This document shows, piece by piece, positions 1-10,156 of a stretch of 64,000 bases of DNA. The stretch's first letter is position 1, and each line of letters starts with the position of its first letter. The stretch is from an uncultured Chloroflexia bacterium. GTDB taxonomy: Bacteria > Chloroflexota > Limnocylindria > Limnocylindrales > CSP1-4. The notes under the pieces were generated by a model that was not told the DNA's origin, made no database searches, and saw nothing but the letters and a program-made list of their open reading frames with translations. Where the stretch lies: the NCBI GenBank assembly GCA_963752475.1, contig CAVVYR010000029.1, positions 160,001 to 224,000 of the forward strand, in the 5' to 3' direction. Both the position numbers and the translations under genes were made by a program.

Positions 1-10
1 TCCTGGCCAT

Positions 11-916
11 CTAGAACTGCACCTCCCCTACCGCCTCGGGCGCCTTCTCCAACCGTTCCTGCTCGGAGTGGTCGATGGGGGCGAGGTCGGGATCATGCTC
101 CAATCCGAGCATCTCCTCCTTCATCCGTTGGTACTCTTCGGCGCGGCCATGGGAGGCCATCTCGTCCCACTGCTTGGCCTGCACCAGGAAGCGATCCATG
201 ATGCGGATGACCGAGACGGCGATACCGGCCGGTCCGTCGCGGTAGGCGCGGCCGGTGACGAATTCCTTCCACGCCTGTCGGAGCGCCACGCGGAACCAGC
301 GGCGCGGCCGCGGCGTCTTGCCACTACGGGCACGCTGCCAGGCCTGCACGGTGGTGTAGCGCTGGGACTTCCAGACCACGTCCGCGATGTCGTGATAGCT
401 GTAGTGCCAGAGACAGCACTCGCGATCCATGGGCAGCATGATCTCGGTCGCGCCCTCGGCCGCGTGGAAGCCGCCGTGCATCTCGACCCGGATGTCGATC
501 GAGTCCTTGTGGAAGAAGCGCCGCTTGGCGTTGGGCCACCACTGGCCGTGCTTCATCTCCACCCCCAGGATGATGTTGCGGCGAGGGATGCGGACGACGT
601 TCGCTTCTCCGGTCTCGGCGATCTGGCGCAGGCGCTGCCCCAGGTTCGGGTGCACGACCTCGTCCGAGTCGAGCACCATCACCCACTCGTGCTCGGTCAT
701 GCCCACCGACATCTCGCGGATGATCTCCACGTAGCCAGTGGACTCGACCTCGATGACCTTGGCACCGCAAGCCTTCGCGATGCGCTGCGTGTCATCGGTC
801 GACTGCTGGTCGACGACGAGCACCTCGTCACACCAGGTCTTGAGCGATTCCACCGCGTAGCGGATGGTCTCGGCCTCGTTCCAGGTGTTGATGAGCCCGG
901 AGATCTTGACGGCCAT
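11..916 (-). CDS. Glycosyltransferase family 2 protein
   Basis: Starts MAVKISGLINTWNE; VLVVDQQSTD and VLDSDE (DxD) motifs of WaaE/KdtX-like GT2 enzymes. Start trimmed from ORF 11..1075. Confidence 0.85.
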   Translation of the reverse strand: MAVKISGLINTWNEAETIRYAVESLKTWCDEVLVVDQQSTDDTQRIAKACGAKVIEVESTGYVEIIREMSVGMTEHEWVMVLDSDEVVHPNLGQRLRQIAETGEANVVRIPRRNIILGVEMKHGQWWPNAKRRFFHKDSIDIRVEMHGGFHAAEGATEIMLPMDRECCLWHYSYHDIADVVWKSQRYTTVQAWQRARSGKTPRPRRWFRVALRQAWKEFVTGRAYRDGPAGIAVSVIRIMDRFLVQAKQWDEMASHGRAEEYQRMKEEMLGLEHDPDLAPIDHSEQERLEKAPEAVGEVQF

Positions 917-950
917 GGCTAGCTCTTCGCCTCGGCGCCGGAAGCCGCGC

Positions 951-2057
951 TCAGGAGCCGGTGGGCAGGTGTCGCTCCTCGGGGCCGGTGTAGATGACGT
1001 CCGGCCGGATGAGCTTGTCGACGCCCGCCTGCTCGATGGCATGGGCGGTCCAGCCCGCGGTGCGGGCCATGGCAAAGGTGGCGGGGAAGAGGTCGGGCGG
1101 CAGGCCCACGCCCTGCAGGACGGCGGCGGTGTAGTACTCCACGTTCGTCTTGAGCGGGCGGTCGGGGTAGCGCTCCTCGAGCACGCGCAAGGCCACGTCC
1201 TCGACGGCCACGGCCAGCTCCAGCCAGTCGGCGATGGAGCTCATCTGCTCGGCCACATCACGTAGCGCGGCAGCACGGGGGTCGTAGGCGCGGTAGACGC
1301 GGTGCCCGAAGCCCATCAGCCGCTCCTTGCGGTCGATGGCGTCGTTGATCCACTCCTCGGCGGCCTCCGGCGAGCCGATGGCGTTGAGCTGGCTCACGAC
1401 CTCCGAGGGGGCGCCGCCGTGCAGCGGGCCCTTGAGCGCACCGGTGGCACCCGAGACGGCGCTGGCGATGTCCGAGCGCGTGGCGGTGATGACGCGAGCC
1501 GCGAAGGTGGAGGCATTGAAGCCGTGGTCGGCACCGACGATGAAGTAGGCGTCGAGCGCGCGGGCCGAGGCCTCGTCGGGTACCTCACCGTTGAGCTGGT
1601 AGAGGAAGCCGGCCGTGGTGCCGAGCGACGGATCGGGATCGACGGGCTCCAGGCCCTGGCGCAGGCGACCGAAGGCGGCCAGCGCGGACGGTGCCATGGC
1701 CGTGATCTCGCGCGCCTGCTCGACGGTCGGCGGCCAGACGGTGCGGTTGCTGGCACCCCACACGGAGAAGGCCGTGCGCAAGGCGTCCATGGGGTGCGCA
1801 CCCTCGGGCAGGTCCCGCAGGGCGGCAAGGATGGGCTCCGATAGCGGCGCGCACGGCAGGTGGGCTTCGGTCAGCCACTCGTCGGCCCACAACAGGTGGG
1901 CCACCTGGGCGAAGCTGCCCTCGCGTACGAGTTCACCGATGGGGTAGCCGCGATAGAGCAGGCGGCCATTGGCGCCGTCCACGAGTGAGAGTGCGGTCTC
2001 CCCTGCGAGGACGCCGGCAAGACCGGGTGAGTAGGGTCGTTCGTCGGTCGTCGTCAT
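951..2057 (-). CDS. Citrate synthase / methylcitrate synthase (CitA-like)
   Basis: PGLAGV, LLYRGYPI, DHGFNASTF, LHGGA, GFGHRVY, NVEYY motifs; TAGACT 7 nt upstream of the ATG. Confidence 0.9.
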   Translation of the reverse strand: MTTTDERPYSPGLAGVLAGETALSLVDGANGRLLYRGYPIGELVREGSFAQVAHLLWADEWLTEAHLPCAPLSEPILAALRDLPEGAHPMDALRTAFSVWGASNRTVWPPTVEQAREITAMAPSALAAFGRLRQGLEPVDPDPSLGTTAGFLYQLNGEVPDEASARALDAYFIVGADHGFNASTFAARVITATRSDIASAVSGATGALKGPLHGGAPSEVVSQLNAIGSPEAAEEWINDAIDRKERLMGFGHRVYRAYDPRAAALRDVAEQMSSIADWLELAVAVEDVALRVLEERYPDRPLKTNVEYYTAAVLQGVGLPPDLFPATFAMARTAGWTAHAIEQAGVDKLIRPDVIYTGPEERHLPTGS

Positions 2058-2150
2058 GCGGGGCAGTCTAGTGCTCCTCGCCGCTGACCGTGATGAGGCA
2101 GCGACGGATCCGACGGCAGCTTCCTGCTCGGACGTGCGCATGCTGCCGCG

Positions 2151-2741
2151 TCAGCCTTCGTCGACGAAGGCGCCGGCCAGCCGCAGCTCCGCGAGGGCCT
2201 TCTCGCCATCGCCGGGGTTCAGGTCGACGGCCCGCACGCCGGCCGCCAGCACCGTCGTGGGGTACCCGCGGGTGCGCGCGTCGAGCGCGGTAGCCAGGAC
2301 GCAGTAGTCGGTCGCCAGCCCAGCCACCACGAGCTTCTCCACGCCCGCCGTCTGGAGCAGGTCGTGCAGCTCGGTGGGCTGCGTCTCGCCGCTCTCGGGG
2401 TCGCGTGTGGTGAAGCCGCTGTAGCCGTCCTCGCCGTTGACACCCTTGCGCACGATCGGTCCCTCCACGCGCAGGTCGGGATGGAACTCCGCGCCCCAGG
2501 TGTCGGCCACACAGTGCACCGGCCAGAGGCCCCCGTCCTTCTCGAAGTGGGGGGTCGACCGCGGGTGCCAGTCCTGGGTGTAGAAGACCCGGCCACCGGC
2601 CGCGAGCGCGGCCTCGATCTGGGCGTTGATGACGGAGATGACCTCCGTCCCGCCCGCGACCGAGAGCCCGCCGGAGGGATCGGCGAAATCGTTCTGGACG
2701 TCGACGACGATGAGGGCCGTGGTGGGGTCGTACTGGCTCAC
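2151..2741 (-). CDS. pncA: Nicotinamidase/pyrazinamidase (isochorismatase family)
   Basis: VVDVQNDF, DWHP, WPVHC, GLATDYCV motifs. Confidence 0.9.
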   Translation of the reverse strand: MSQYDPTTALIVVDVQNDFADPSGGLSVAGGTEVISVINAQIEAALAAGGRVFYTQDWHPRSTPHFEKDGGLWPVHCVADTWGAEFHPDLRVEGPIVRKGVNGEDGYSGFTTRDPESGETQPTELHDLLQTAGVEKLVVAGLATDYCVLATALDARTRGYPTTVLAAGVRAVDLNPGDGEKALAELRLAGAFVDEG

Positions 2742-2804
2742 GGGCCGATGGTAGCGCGGGCGCGAGGGCAGCCGGTCGGAATCCGCGTAGCCTTGGAGCC
2801 ACTA

Positions 2805-3833
2805 GTGACCGACACCACCCACACCTCTCCATCGGACACCTCTTCCGACGACGCCCGGTCCTGGGCCATGTTCCTGTCCCTCGCGGCCATCTGGGGCAGC
2901 TCGTTCATGTGGATCACCGTGGCTCTCGAGGACGGGATCCCACCGATGACGATCGTCGCCTGGCGTGCGCTCGCGGCCTGCGTGCTGCTCGTGGGCGTAC
3001 TCCTCTACCGCCGCGGGCGACTGCCGTTCCGCTGGAACCTGTGGAAGCGGATGTTCGCGCTGGGCGCGCTGAACATGGTCGTCCCCATGGCGCTCATCAG
3101 CTGGGGTCAGCAGTTCATCCCCAGCGGCATGGCCAGCATCCTCAACGCCACCGTCCCGCTCTTCACCATCGTTCTCGCGGCGACCCTCCTGGCCGACGAG
3201 CACATCACGCTTGCCAAGCTCAGCGGGCTGGCGGTGGGTTTCCTGGGCGTGATCGTGCTGGCCTCACCGAACCTCAGCGCGGCCGGCGCCGACGAGGATG
3301 CCGCGGCCGCGGTCGTGGGCATGGCGGCGGTGGCGGTGGCCGGCTTCTTCTACGCCGTGGCCTCGGTCTACGTGCGCCGTCGCATCACGGGCATGCCCAT
3401 CGTGGAACAGCCCGACGGGTCGACGCGTGCGCCGCTGCCGGTGGAGATCTCACTGGGCACGACGGCCACGGCACTGCTGATGATCACCGCGCTGGCCGTG
3501 ATCTTCGAACGCCCCGACGGCGGGCTTCTCACGGTTCCGCAGACCGTCGGCGCCTGGGTCGGTGTGATCTGGCTCGGCGCGCTCGGCACCGGCGTCGCGT
3601 ACCTCATCTTCTACCGGCTCATCGTCCGCTGGGGTGCCACCCGCACCACGCTCGTGACCTACGTCATCCCGCTCGTAGCCATCGTCGTGGGCTATGTCTT
3701 CCTCGACGAGCGCCTGCGCCCGATCGAGCTCGTCGGCGCCGGCCTCGTCATCGGCGGCGTCATCCTGGTGAACGCGAACGTGGGCCAGAGACCACTCTTC
3801 GAACGGAGCCACCCAGCCTCCGACATCGACTGA
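2805..3833 (+). CDS. EamA/DMT family transporter
   Basis: About 10 hydrophobic segments; IWGSSF and LVTYVIPLVA...LDE motifs. Start uncertain (GTG 2805). Confidence 0.85.
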   Translation: MTDTTHTSPSDTSSDDARSWAMFLSLAAIWGSSFMWITVALEDGIPPMTIVAWRALAACVLLVGVLLYRRGRLPFRWNLWKRMFALGALNMVVPMALISWGQQFIPSGMASILNATVPLFTIVLAATLLADEHITLAKLSGLAVGFLGVIVLASPNLSAAGADEDAAAAVVGMAAVAVAGFFYAVASVYVRRRITGMPIVEQPDGSTRAPLPVEISLGTTATALLMITALAVIFERPDGGLLTVPQTVGAWVGVIWLGALGTGVAYLIFYRLIVRWGATRTTLVTYVIPLVAIVVGYVFLDERLRPIELVGAGLVIGGVILVNANVGQRPLFERSHPASDID

Positions 3834-3946
3834 CCGAACCGAGCACGGACCGCAAGCTGCGCACACCCCAAAGCAAGCCGGGGATAGAGCCGACGAAGAC
3901 ACCCGGCGCAGGCTCGAAGGCGTCACCGACCCAGAGGAGGGATCAG

Positions 3947-4435
3947 ATGTCCGAGTCCAGCTTCCAGCTCCGATCCATCGGCCGCGTCGAGGCCGGCAGC
4001 GACGGCTTCGCCATCGCGGTCGACGAGCGCTATCGCGACGCGCTCATCGGCCTCGAAGGCTTCAGCCATATCAACGTGCTCTGGTGGTTCCACCTGCTCG
4101 ACGCGCCCGAACACCGAGCGGTGATGGTGTCGGAGAAGCCCTACCGGGATGCGCCCGACCGCCTGGGCATCTTCGCTACCCGCTCGCCGGTGCGACCGAA
4201 CCCGCTGGCGCTTACGCCGGTGCCAGTGCTGGCCCTCGACCTCGAGGGTGGCCGCATCGCGATCCCCTTCATCGATGCCGAACCCGGTACGCCGGTGCTC
4301 GACATCAAGCCCTACCACCCTGCGGTCGACCGCATCCGCGAGGTCAGCGTGCCTGATTGGTGCCGCACCTGGCCGGAGTGGTACGAGGACTCGATGACGT
4401 TCGACTGGGGCGCGGTCTTCGAGAACGCTCAGTAG
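3947..4435 (+). CDS. TrmO/TsaA (YaeB)-like SAM-binding methyltransferase domain protein
   Basis: GLEGFSHI, GIFATRSPVRPNP, GTPVLDIKPY; AGGAGG RBS before ATG 3947. Confidence 0.88.
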   Translation: MSESSFQLRSIGRVEAGSDGFAIAVDERYRDALIGLEGFSHINVLWWFHLLDAPEHRAVMVSEKPYRDAPDRLGIFATRSPVRPNPLALTPVPVLALDLEGGRIAIPFIDAEPGTPVLDIKPYHPAVDRIREVSVPDWCRTWPEWYEDSMTFDWGAVFENAQ

Positions 4436-5418
4436 CGTCGCAGCGGCCGCACCGGGATGCCGATGTCCATGACCTCGGCATCCTCGCGCCGCGCCTCGCG
4501 GCCGATGACGTAGCGCTCGAAGGGCAGTCGGTCGTCGGGCTCGTAGCCGCTGTCGGGCAACCAGCCGGCGGCCATGGCGTACCAGGCCTCGGGGTAGTCA
4601 TCGACCCCCAGCTCGAAGCGACCGACGGCCACGTCACCGGCGGAGATGGACATGCGTCCGATGTCGCCTTCAGCCGGCGTCTCGGGCGATACCGGGATGC
4701 AGGCGCTCACGCGCAGCCGGTCGTCATCGGTGAGGCTGGGATCATCGTGGTAGAGGTTGAAGAGCGGCGTGTTCGGAGCCACGAAACCGCGTGGCTCGGC
4801 CCAGGTCATGAGGCGGGTGTACAGCTCCGTGAAGACGTCACCCATGCCCTGGTAGCGGCCGGTGTAGCGAACGTAGGCGACCTCGGTTTGCGAGAGCGGC
4901 TCGACACGCACGGTCACCGCGCCCAGCGTGCCGGCTGACACGTCCCAGACCGTGCGGCCGGTCTCGACCGACAGACGCGTGCCGGTGACCGCGAACCGGC
5001 CGCAGCGGGCCAGCGTCTCCACGCTGACGTCGGCCGAGGGGTCCTGGGACCGGCGCTCGTACCGCTGACGACCACTGGTACGCCATTCGGTCGGGCTCAC
5101 GCCGTAGGCCTCTCGGAAGGCCCGGCTGAACGACGAGGGGCTGGCGAAACCGGTCTCGAGGGCGACCTCGGTCACGGGACGGTCGGGGCGCGCTGACAGC
5201 AGCGTCGCCGCGCGTTCGAGGCGCACCCGGCCCACGAAAGCCCCGATGGTCTCGCCGGTCACGGCGCTGAAGATGCGGTGGAAGTGGAACGGCGAGAAGT
5301 GCGCGACCCGGGCCAGCCGCTCCACGGTCAGCTCGTCGCCGAGGTGGGTCTCGACGTAGTCCATGGCCGCGTTGACCCGGCCCTCGTAGAGCTGCCGATC
5401 GGCGCCGGTCTCAGGCAT
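4429..5418 (-). CDS. AraC family regulator with C-terminal GyrI-like effector domain
   Basis: HFSPFHFHRIF and GFASPSSFSRAF helix-turn-helix motifs; C-terminal YHDDP...WLPDSGY GyrI-like domain. Confidence 0.9.
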   Translation of the reverse strand: MPETGADRQLYEGRVNAAMDYVETHLGDELTVERLARVAHFSPFHFHRIFSAVTGETIGAFVGRVRLERAATLLSARPDRPVTEVALETGFASPSSFSRAFREAYGVSPTEWRTSGRQRYERRSQDPSADVSVETLARCGRFAVTGTRLSVETGRTVWDVSAGTLGAVTVRVEPLSQTEVAYVRYTGRYQGMGDVFTELYTRLMTWAEPRGFVAPNTPLFNLYHDDPSLTDDDRLRVSACIPVSPETPAEGDIGRMSISAGDVAVGRFELGVDDYPEAWYAMAAGWLPDSGYEPDDRLPFERYVIGREARREDAEVMDIGIPVRPLRRY

Positions 5419-6553
5419 CGGTCCGCTCCGCCGGACCCCCACCTCCGAAGACCCAGGCGGCGATGGCGGTGGTCAGCGGCATGGCCAACACGATGCCGAT
5501 GCTGCCCACGAGCGTGCGCACGATCTCGAGCGCGAGCAGCTCGCGGTTGAGCGTCAGCAACGCCGGCTCGGCCACGACCACGATGAAGATCAGCGCCGGC
5601 AGGCTGGCGCCCACGTAGGCCATGAAGAGCGTGTTGGTGGTGGCCGCGATGTGCGAGCGACCGATACGCATGGCGCGTCGCCAGAGAATCGCGGGTGGCT
5701 GCGGGTGGCGCTCAGCAAGCTCGTCGACCGTCGCGGCCTGCGTGACGGTGACATCGTCGAGCACACCCACCGCACCGAGGATGATGGCCGCGAGCAGGAT
5801 GCCGCTGACGTCGAGCAGCTCGCCCGAGGGCAGGGTGAAGTAGGACAGCTGGCCACCGGCGAAGATGCTGAAGTCCGCCGCCGCGGAGAAGAGCGCCGCC
5901 AGCACGGCCGTCGCGACCAGGCCGCCGACCGTGCCCGTGATCGCCACCAGGCTGACGCGAGACAACCCCTCCGTGAGCAGGATCGTAGTCGTGGTCACGA
6001 GGACCGCCAGCACGATCGCCAGCGGGACCGGTGGCACGCCCGTGAGCATCAACGGGATGAAGAGCTTGGCCACGAGCAAGACCGTGAGCCCGAGCGCGAC
6101 CAGCGCCCGCAGGCCCTGCCAGCCACCGACGAGGATCATGACCAGGCCGAAGACGAGCACGAGCAGGCCCAGGGCCGGGAGGCGATAGGGCTCGCTGACC
6201 GCGAGGAACTCCGTGCCGTCGAAGGACTCGGTGAGGCTGACCACGACCTCGTCGCCCACCCCGAGGTCCCCAGCGGCGGCAGTGCCGGTGAGCAACGTCA
6301 ACCGAGCCAGGGTCCGCTCGCCGGCGCGCGGTCCCTCGCTGATCTCCACCAGCATGTCGTTGCCCTGCGAGAGGGGGTCGTCCAGATCGATGGGCGGAGC
6401 CGGGTCGACGACGACGGCTCGCCAGGCGTCACTCGCGGTCGGTCCCGCGTCGATGGGCTCGCGCTCGATATCCGGCATGAGCCAGAGCACGGCGATGACC
6501 ACGACCGCGATGAGCAGGGGAATCAGGCGTCGTCGATCGGTCTGCTGGCCCAC
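5411..6553 (-). CDS. YibE/F family membrane protein
   Basis: GAVGVLDDVTVTQ, IGRSHIAATTNTLFMAYVG, EIVRTLVGSIG; TATGCT 6 nt before GTG 6553. Confidence 0.88.
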   Translation of the reverse strand: MGQQTDRRRLIPLLIAVVVIAVLWLMPDIEREPIDAGPTASDAWRAVVVDPAPPIDLDDPLSQGNDMLVEISEGPRAGERTLARLTLLTGTAAAGDLGVGDEVVVSLTESFDGTEFLAVSEPYRLPALGLLVLVFGLVMILVGGWQGLRALVALGLTVLLVAKLFIPLMLTGVPPVPLAIVLAVLVTTTTILLTEGLSRVSLVAITGTVGGLVATAVLAALFSAAADFSIFAGGQLSYFTLPSGELLDVSGILLAAIILGAVGVLDDVTVTQAATVDELAERHPQPPAILWRRAMRIGRSHIAATTNTLFMAYVGASLPALIFIVVVAEPALLTLNRELLALEIVRTLVGSIGIVLAMPLTTAIAAWVFGGGGPAERTDA

Positions 6554-6583
6554 GCCCGCAGCATAGGCCCCTACCCTGTGTTC

Positions 6584-7309
6584 GTGGCGAACGACCCCGG
6601 CCGACCCTACGTCGGCACCAGTGGCTTCTCGTACCCCGGGTGGGTGCCCAGGTTCTACGTGCCCGGCAAGGCCAGCCGCAAGCTGCTCGCGGCCTACGCC
6701 ACGCGGCTGCCCGCGGTGGAGCTGCACAACACGTTCCTCCGGCGGCCGAACGAGCAGCAGATCGAGAAGTGGATGCGCGAGACGACGGCCGACTTCCGCT
6801 TCTGTCCCAAGGCCCAGCGCTCGACATCCTGGCGCGCCTTCGCCGAGCCCGATCCGACCGACTCGATCCGCTGGCTGACCGATGCCCTCGAAGGCTTCGG
6901 CGAACGACTCGGCAGCGTGCTGCTCTCACTGCGGGCGTCGCTGCAGCGTGATGACGAGGCGCTCGAGCGCGCGCTGGCCGCCTGGCCCACGACGGTGCCG
7001 CTGGCGCTGGAGCTGCTGCATCCGAGCTGGCACGTGCCCGACGTGCGTGAACAGGCCAGGGCGAGAGGCGTGACCCTGGTCGCGACCGACCTCGAGGGCC
7101 GCGACGAGCCCGAGCTGCACGAGGGCGGCGGCTTCACCTATCTGCGGCTGCGACGTGAGGCCTACTCCGAGGCCGACATCGAGCGCTGGGCAACGCGACT
7201 GCAGCCGATGCTCGAGGCCGGCACCGACGCCTTCGCCTTCTTCCGCCATGACGACGATGGACAGATGGCGCTGAATGCGGAGATCCTGCTTCGACGGCTC
7301 AGCGACTAG
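6584..7309 (+). CDS. DUF72 (YecE-like) protein
   Basis: YVGTSGFSY, VELHNTF, YLRLR motifs; TACCCT 6 nt before GTG 6584. Confidence 0.85.
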   Translation: MANDPGRPYVGTSGFSYPGWVPRFYVPGKASRKLLAAYATRLPAVELHNTFLRRPNEQQIEKWMRETTADFRFCPKAQRSTSWRAFAEPDPTDSIRWLTDALEGFGERLGSVLLSLRASLQRDDEALERALAAWPTTVPLALELLHPSWHVPDVREQARARGVTLVATDLEGRDEPELHEGGGFTYLRLRREAYSEADIERWATRLQPMLEAGTDAFAFFRHDDDGQMALNAEILLRRLSD

Positions 7310-7405
7310 TTGCGTCGATACGCAAGTAGTCGCGATCCGGCGTACGATAGGGGTGCTTCCCCCGACCCCGACTCACCATGTGCGCCACGGCGCAGAGGAG
7401 ATCAC

Positions 7406-7855
7406 ATGAACGCACCCAACGAGACCGTCACCAAGGCCCTGCAGGGCACCCTCGTCGAGCTCATCGACCTGGCCCTCATCGGCAAGCAGGCCCACTGGAG
7501 CGTCGTCGGCCCGCAGTTCCGCTCCATCCATCTCGAGCTCGACGAGATCGTCGATCTGGCCCGCGTTCAGTACGACCGCGTGGCCGAGCGCCTGTCCACC
7601 ATCGGCGTCGCCCCCGACGGCCGCGCCGAGACCATCAGCACCACCAGCGAGCTGCCGCCCTTCCCCGAGGGCTTCATCGCCGCGACCGATACCGTCCAGC
7701 GCGTGACACAGGTGATGGACACCATCGCGCTGCGGATGAAGGAGCGCATCGCGGCCGTGGGCGACGATGACGCGATCAGCCAGGACATCCTCATCGGCGC
7801 CACCGACGAGCTCGAGAAGGCCGCCTGGATGCTGCGTTCGCAGCTGACGATGTAG
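7406..7855 (+). CDS. dps: Dps / DNA starvation protection ferritin-like protein
   Basis: KQAHWSVVGPQFRSIHLELDE...DRVAER...EKAAWML; GAGGAG RBS. Confidence 0.93.
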   Translation: MNAPNETVTKALQGTLVELIDLALIGKQAHWSVVGPQFRSIHLELDEIVDLARVQYDRVAERLSTIGVAPDGRAETISTTSELPPFPEGFIAATDTVQRVTQVMDTIALRMKERIAAVGDDDAISQDILIGATDELEKAAWMLRSQLTM

Positions 7856-7912
7856 CCGAGCCTTCGGCTCGCACGACGGCGTCCGCCTTGCCGCGGGCGC
7901 CGTTTCGATTCC

Positions 7913-9106
7913 CTAGGCGACGAGCGTCTGGCTGACGAGACCCACGGCCGCGCCGACGACGAGCAGTGGTACCGGCCCGATCCGGCCCCACAGCAGCAGG
8001 CCGAACGCGCCCCCGCCCAGGACGACGGCCAACAGGTCGACACCACGGTCGACGAGGAAGGTGTCTCGCGCGAGCAGGTAGGCGCTGATGCCGATGAGCC
8101 CGACGGCCGCGGCGTTGAGACCGTCGATGGCCGCGGAGAGGTCCTCGTTCGCGCGCATGCGCGTGAGGAACGGGTGAGCCACACCCACCAGCACGAGGGC
8201 CGGCAGGAAGATGCCTACGGTGGCCACGATCGCGCCCGGGACCCCGGCCATGAGGTAGCCCAGGAACGTGGCCGTGGTGAAGAGCGGACCCGGCGTGAGC
8301 TGCCCGATGGCGATGGCGTCGAGCAGTTCCTGCTCGGTGATGTAGCCGGGCGCCACCAGCTCCGCGCCCAGGAAAGCGACGAGTACATAGCCGCTGCCGA
8401 AGACGACGAGGCCCATCTTCAGGAACGTCCAGAAGATGCCGGCCAGGCCCAGTGTGGTCGCAGCCTCCACTGCCAGCACCGCACCGGGCCCGGCAGGAAG
8501 GACGAGCGCGGCTCCTGCACCACGGAAACGCTTGATCAGGGCAGGCCCGCGACGGACGATGAGCGCCACGAGTGCAGCCCCGATGAGGATGGCGATCGGC
8601 TGCAGGTACACCAGCGCCACCACGAACGACCCCATGCCGATGGCCCAGGTGAGCACGTCGGTGCAGGCGGTCGGGGCCAGCTTGATCATGGCGTGGGCGA
8701 TGACCGCGATGACCACCGGAGACATGCCATAGAGCAGGCTCATGACCCACGTGAGCGCGCCGAGCTCGACATAGACGATGGCGATGGCGAGGACGATGAG
8801 GCTGGCCGGGACGATGAAACCGAAGGCCGCGATGAGCAGGCCGGGCCACCGCGCCCGTTCGTAGCCGATGCCGAGCGCGACCTCCGTCGAGGACGGGCCC
8901 GGCAGCAGGCTCGAAAGCCCGAGCAGATCGACGAATCGCTCACGTGAGAGCCACCGTCTTCGCTCCACGAACTCGCGCTGCATGATCGCGATGTGGGCGG
9001 CAGGGCCACCGAACGCGGTCACACCCAGTCGGGTGAACTCGCGCGCCAGATCGCGCAGGCCTGGCTCCTCGCGCTCAGGCGGACTCGGCGGCGGCGCTGG
9101 GGGCAT
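7913..9106 (-). CDS. chrA: Chromate efflux transporter (long-chain CHR family)
   Basis: AFGGPAAH, PGPSST, FGSGY, TPGP motifs in two homologous halves. Confidence 0.92.
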   Translation of the reverse strand: MPPAPPPSPPEREEPGLRDLAREFTRLGVTAFGGPAAHIAIMQREFVERRRWLSRERFVDLLGLSSLLPGPSSTEVALGIGYERARWPGLLIAAFGFIVPASLIVLAIAIVYVELGALTWVMSLLYGMSPVVIAVIAHAMIKLAPTACTDVLTWAIGMGSFVVALVYLQPIAILIGAALVALIVRRGPALIKRFRGAGAALVLPAGPGAVLAVEAATTLGLAGIFWTFLKMGLVVFGSGYVLVAFLGAELVAPGYITEQELLDAIAIGQLTPGPLFTTATFLGYLMAGVPGAIVATVGIFLPALVLVGVAHPFLTRMRANEDLSAAIDGLNAAAVGLIGISAYLLARDTFLVDRGVDLLAVVLGGGAFGLLLWGRIGPVPLLVVGAAVGLVSQTLVA

Positions 9107-9146
9107 GCGGCCATGCTAGCGGGGCAGTTCGCGACCCGGACCCGTC

Positions 9147-9174
9147 TTGACAGCGTGCCCTCCGCTGCTACCCT
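9147..9174 (+). promoter_or_regulatory. Sigma70-type promoter of the BMC operon
   Basis: TTGACA (9147-9152), 16-nt spacer, TGc-TACCCT extended -10 (9166-9174). Confidence 0.65.
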
Positions 9175-9176
9175 AC

Positions 9177-9209
9177 GCACATATGAGCAGTGGTTTGCAC
9201 GAATGAGCA
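9177..9209 (+). promoter_or_regulatory. Putative tandem operator for the SorC/DeoR regulator
   Basis: Direct repeat GCACATATGAGCA / GCACGAATGAGCA at 20-bp period, just downstream of the -10 and overlapping the ATG. Confidence 0.6.
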
Positions 9210-10156
9210 TCTCGGCCTCGGCGGGTGATACGCGCCTGATGCTTCGGGCTGCCCAGCTCTACTACCACGCGGACCTGACCCAGGACGACATCGGCAGGCG
9301 CCTGGGCGTGAGTCGCTTCAAGGTCGGCCGCCTGCTCGACCGCGCCCTGAAGGAGCAGGCGGTGCGCATCGAGATCGTCCATCCCGCCGCCCGCCTGGTA
9401 GCCCTCGAAGACGCGCTCGTCGAGCGCTTCGGGCTGACCGACGCGGTGGTCGTGGATGTCCCGGACACAGAAGATGAGCAGCTGGCCCGCGAGCGCGTGG
9501 CCGATGCCGCCGCGGATCACCTCGCCGCCATCGCCCCCACCGGCGTCATCGGCGTCTCCTGGGGCCGCACCATGATCGAGCTGGCGGCTCGGCTGCAGCC
9601 CGGCTGGACCAGCGCCGACCAGATCGTCCAGCTCAACGGCGCCATCAGCCGCTCCGCGCGGCCCACGCGCTACCAGGAGGTCGTCGAGCGCTTCGGCACC
9701 ACCACCGGTGCCGCCATCCAGTTGATGCCGGCACCCGCCATCGTGGGCACGCCGGAGCTGCGAGCGGCGTTGGAGGCCGACCCGTCGGTCGCCGTCCCGC
9801 TCAAGGCCGCGCGGAAGGCCGGCAGCGCCGTCTTCGGGATGGGCGTCATGGGCACCGACTCGGTCCACGTCACCTCGGGCTACCTCGACAAGCGCGACCA
9901 GCGCCGCCTGCAGAAGGCCGGCGCCGTGGGCGACGTGCTCGGTCGCTTCATCACCATCGACGGCCGGATCGCCCTGCCCTCGCTCGACGAGCGCACGGTC
10001 GGCCTGCCTCTCACCAAGCTCTGCGGCAAGCGCACCGTGGGCCTGGCCGCCGGTCCCGGCCGCGGCCCGGTCGCCCTCGGGGCCCTGCGTGCCGCCTGCA
10101 TGAAGACGTTCGTGACCGATGAGGCCACGGCTACATGGGTGCTCGCACATGACTGA
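9203..10156 (+). CDS. SorC/DeoR/CggR family sugar-phosphate-binding transcriptional regulator
   Basis: AAQLYY..LTQDDIGRRLGVSRFKVGRLL HTH; IGVSWGRT, GAVGDV, VTDE sugar-binding domain motifs. Confidence 0.92.
   Translation: MSISASAGDTRLMLRAAQLYYHADLTQDDIGRRLGVSRFKVGRLLDRALKEQAVRIEIVHPAARLVALEDALVERFGLTDAVVVDVPDTEDEQLARERVADAAADHLAAIAPTGVIGVSWGRTMIELAARLQPGWTSADQIVQLNGAISRSARPTRYQEVVERFGTTTGAAIQLMPAPAIVGTPELRAALEADPSVAVPLKAARKAGSAVFGMGVMGTDSVHVTSGYLDKRDQRRLQKAGAVGDVLGRFITIDGRIALPSLDERTVGLPLTKLCGKRTVGLAAGPGRGPVALGALRAACMKTFVTDEATATWVLAHD

Noticed and set aside
1135-1149. Citrate synthase NVE in place of the catalytic NVD
   Set aside because: Glu at this position occurs in actinobacterial CitA-type enzymes, so it is not evidence of a pseudogene or of novelty.
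7406-9106. dps and chrA as part of the BMC system
   Set aside because: chrA is divergent with its own promoter signature and dps converges on chrA. No encapsulation peptide is seen on Dps.
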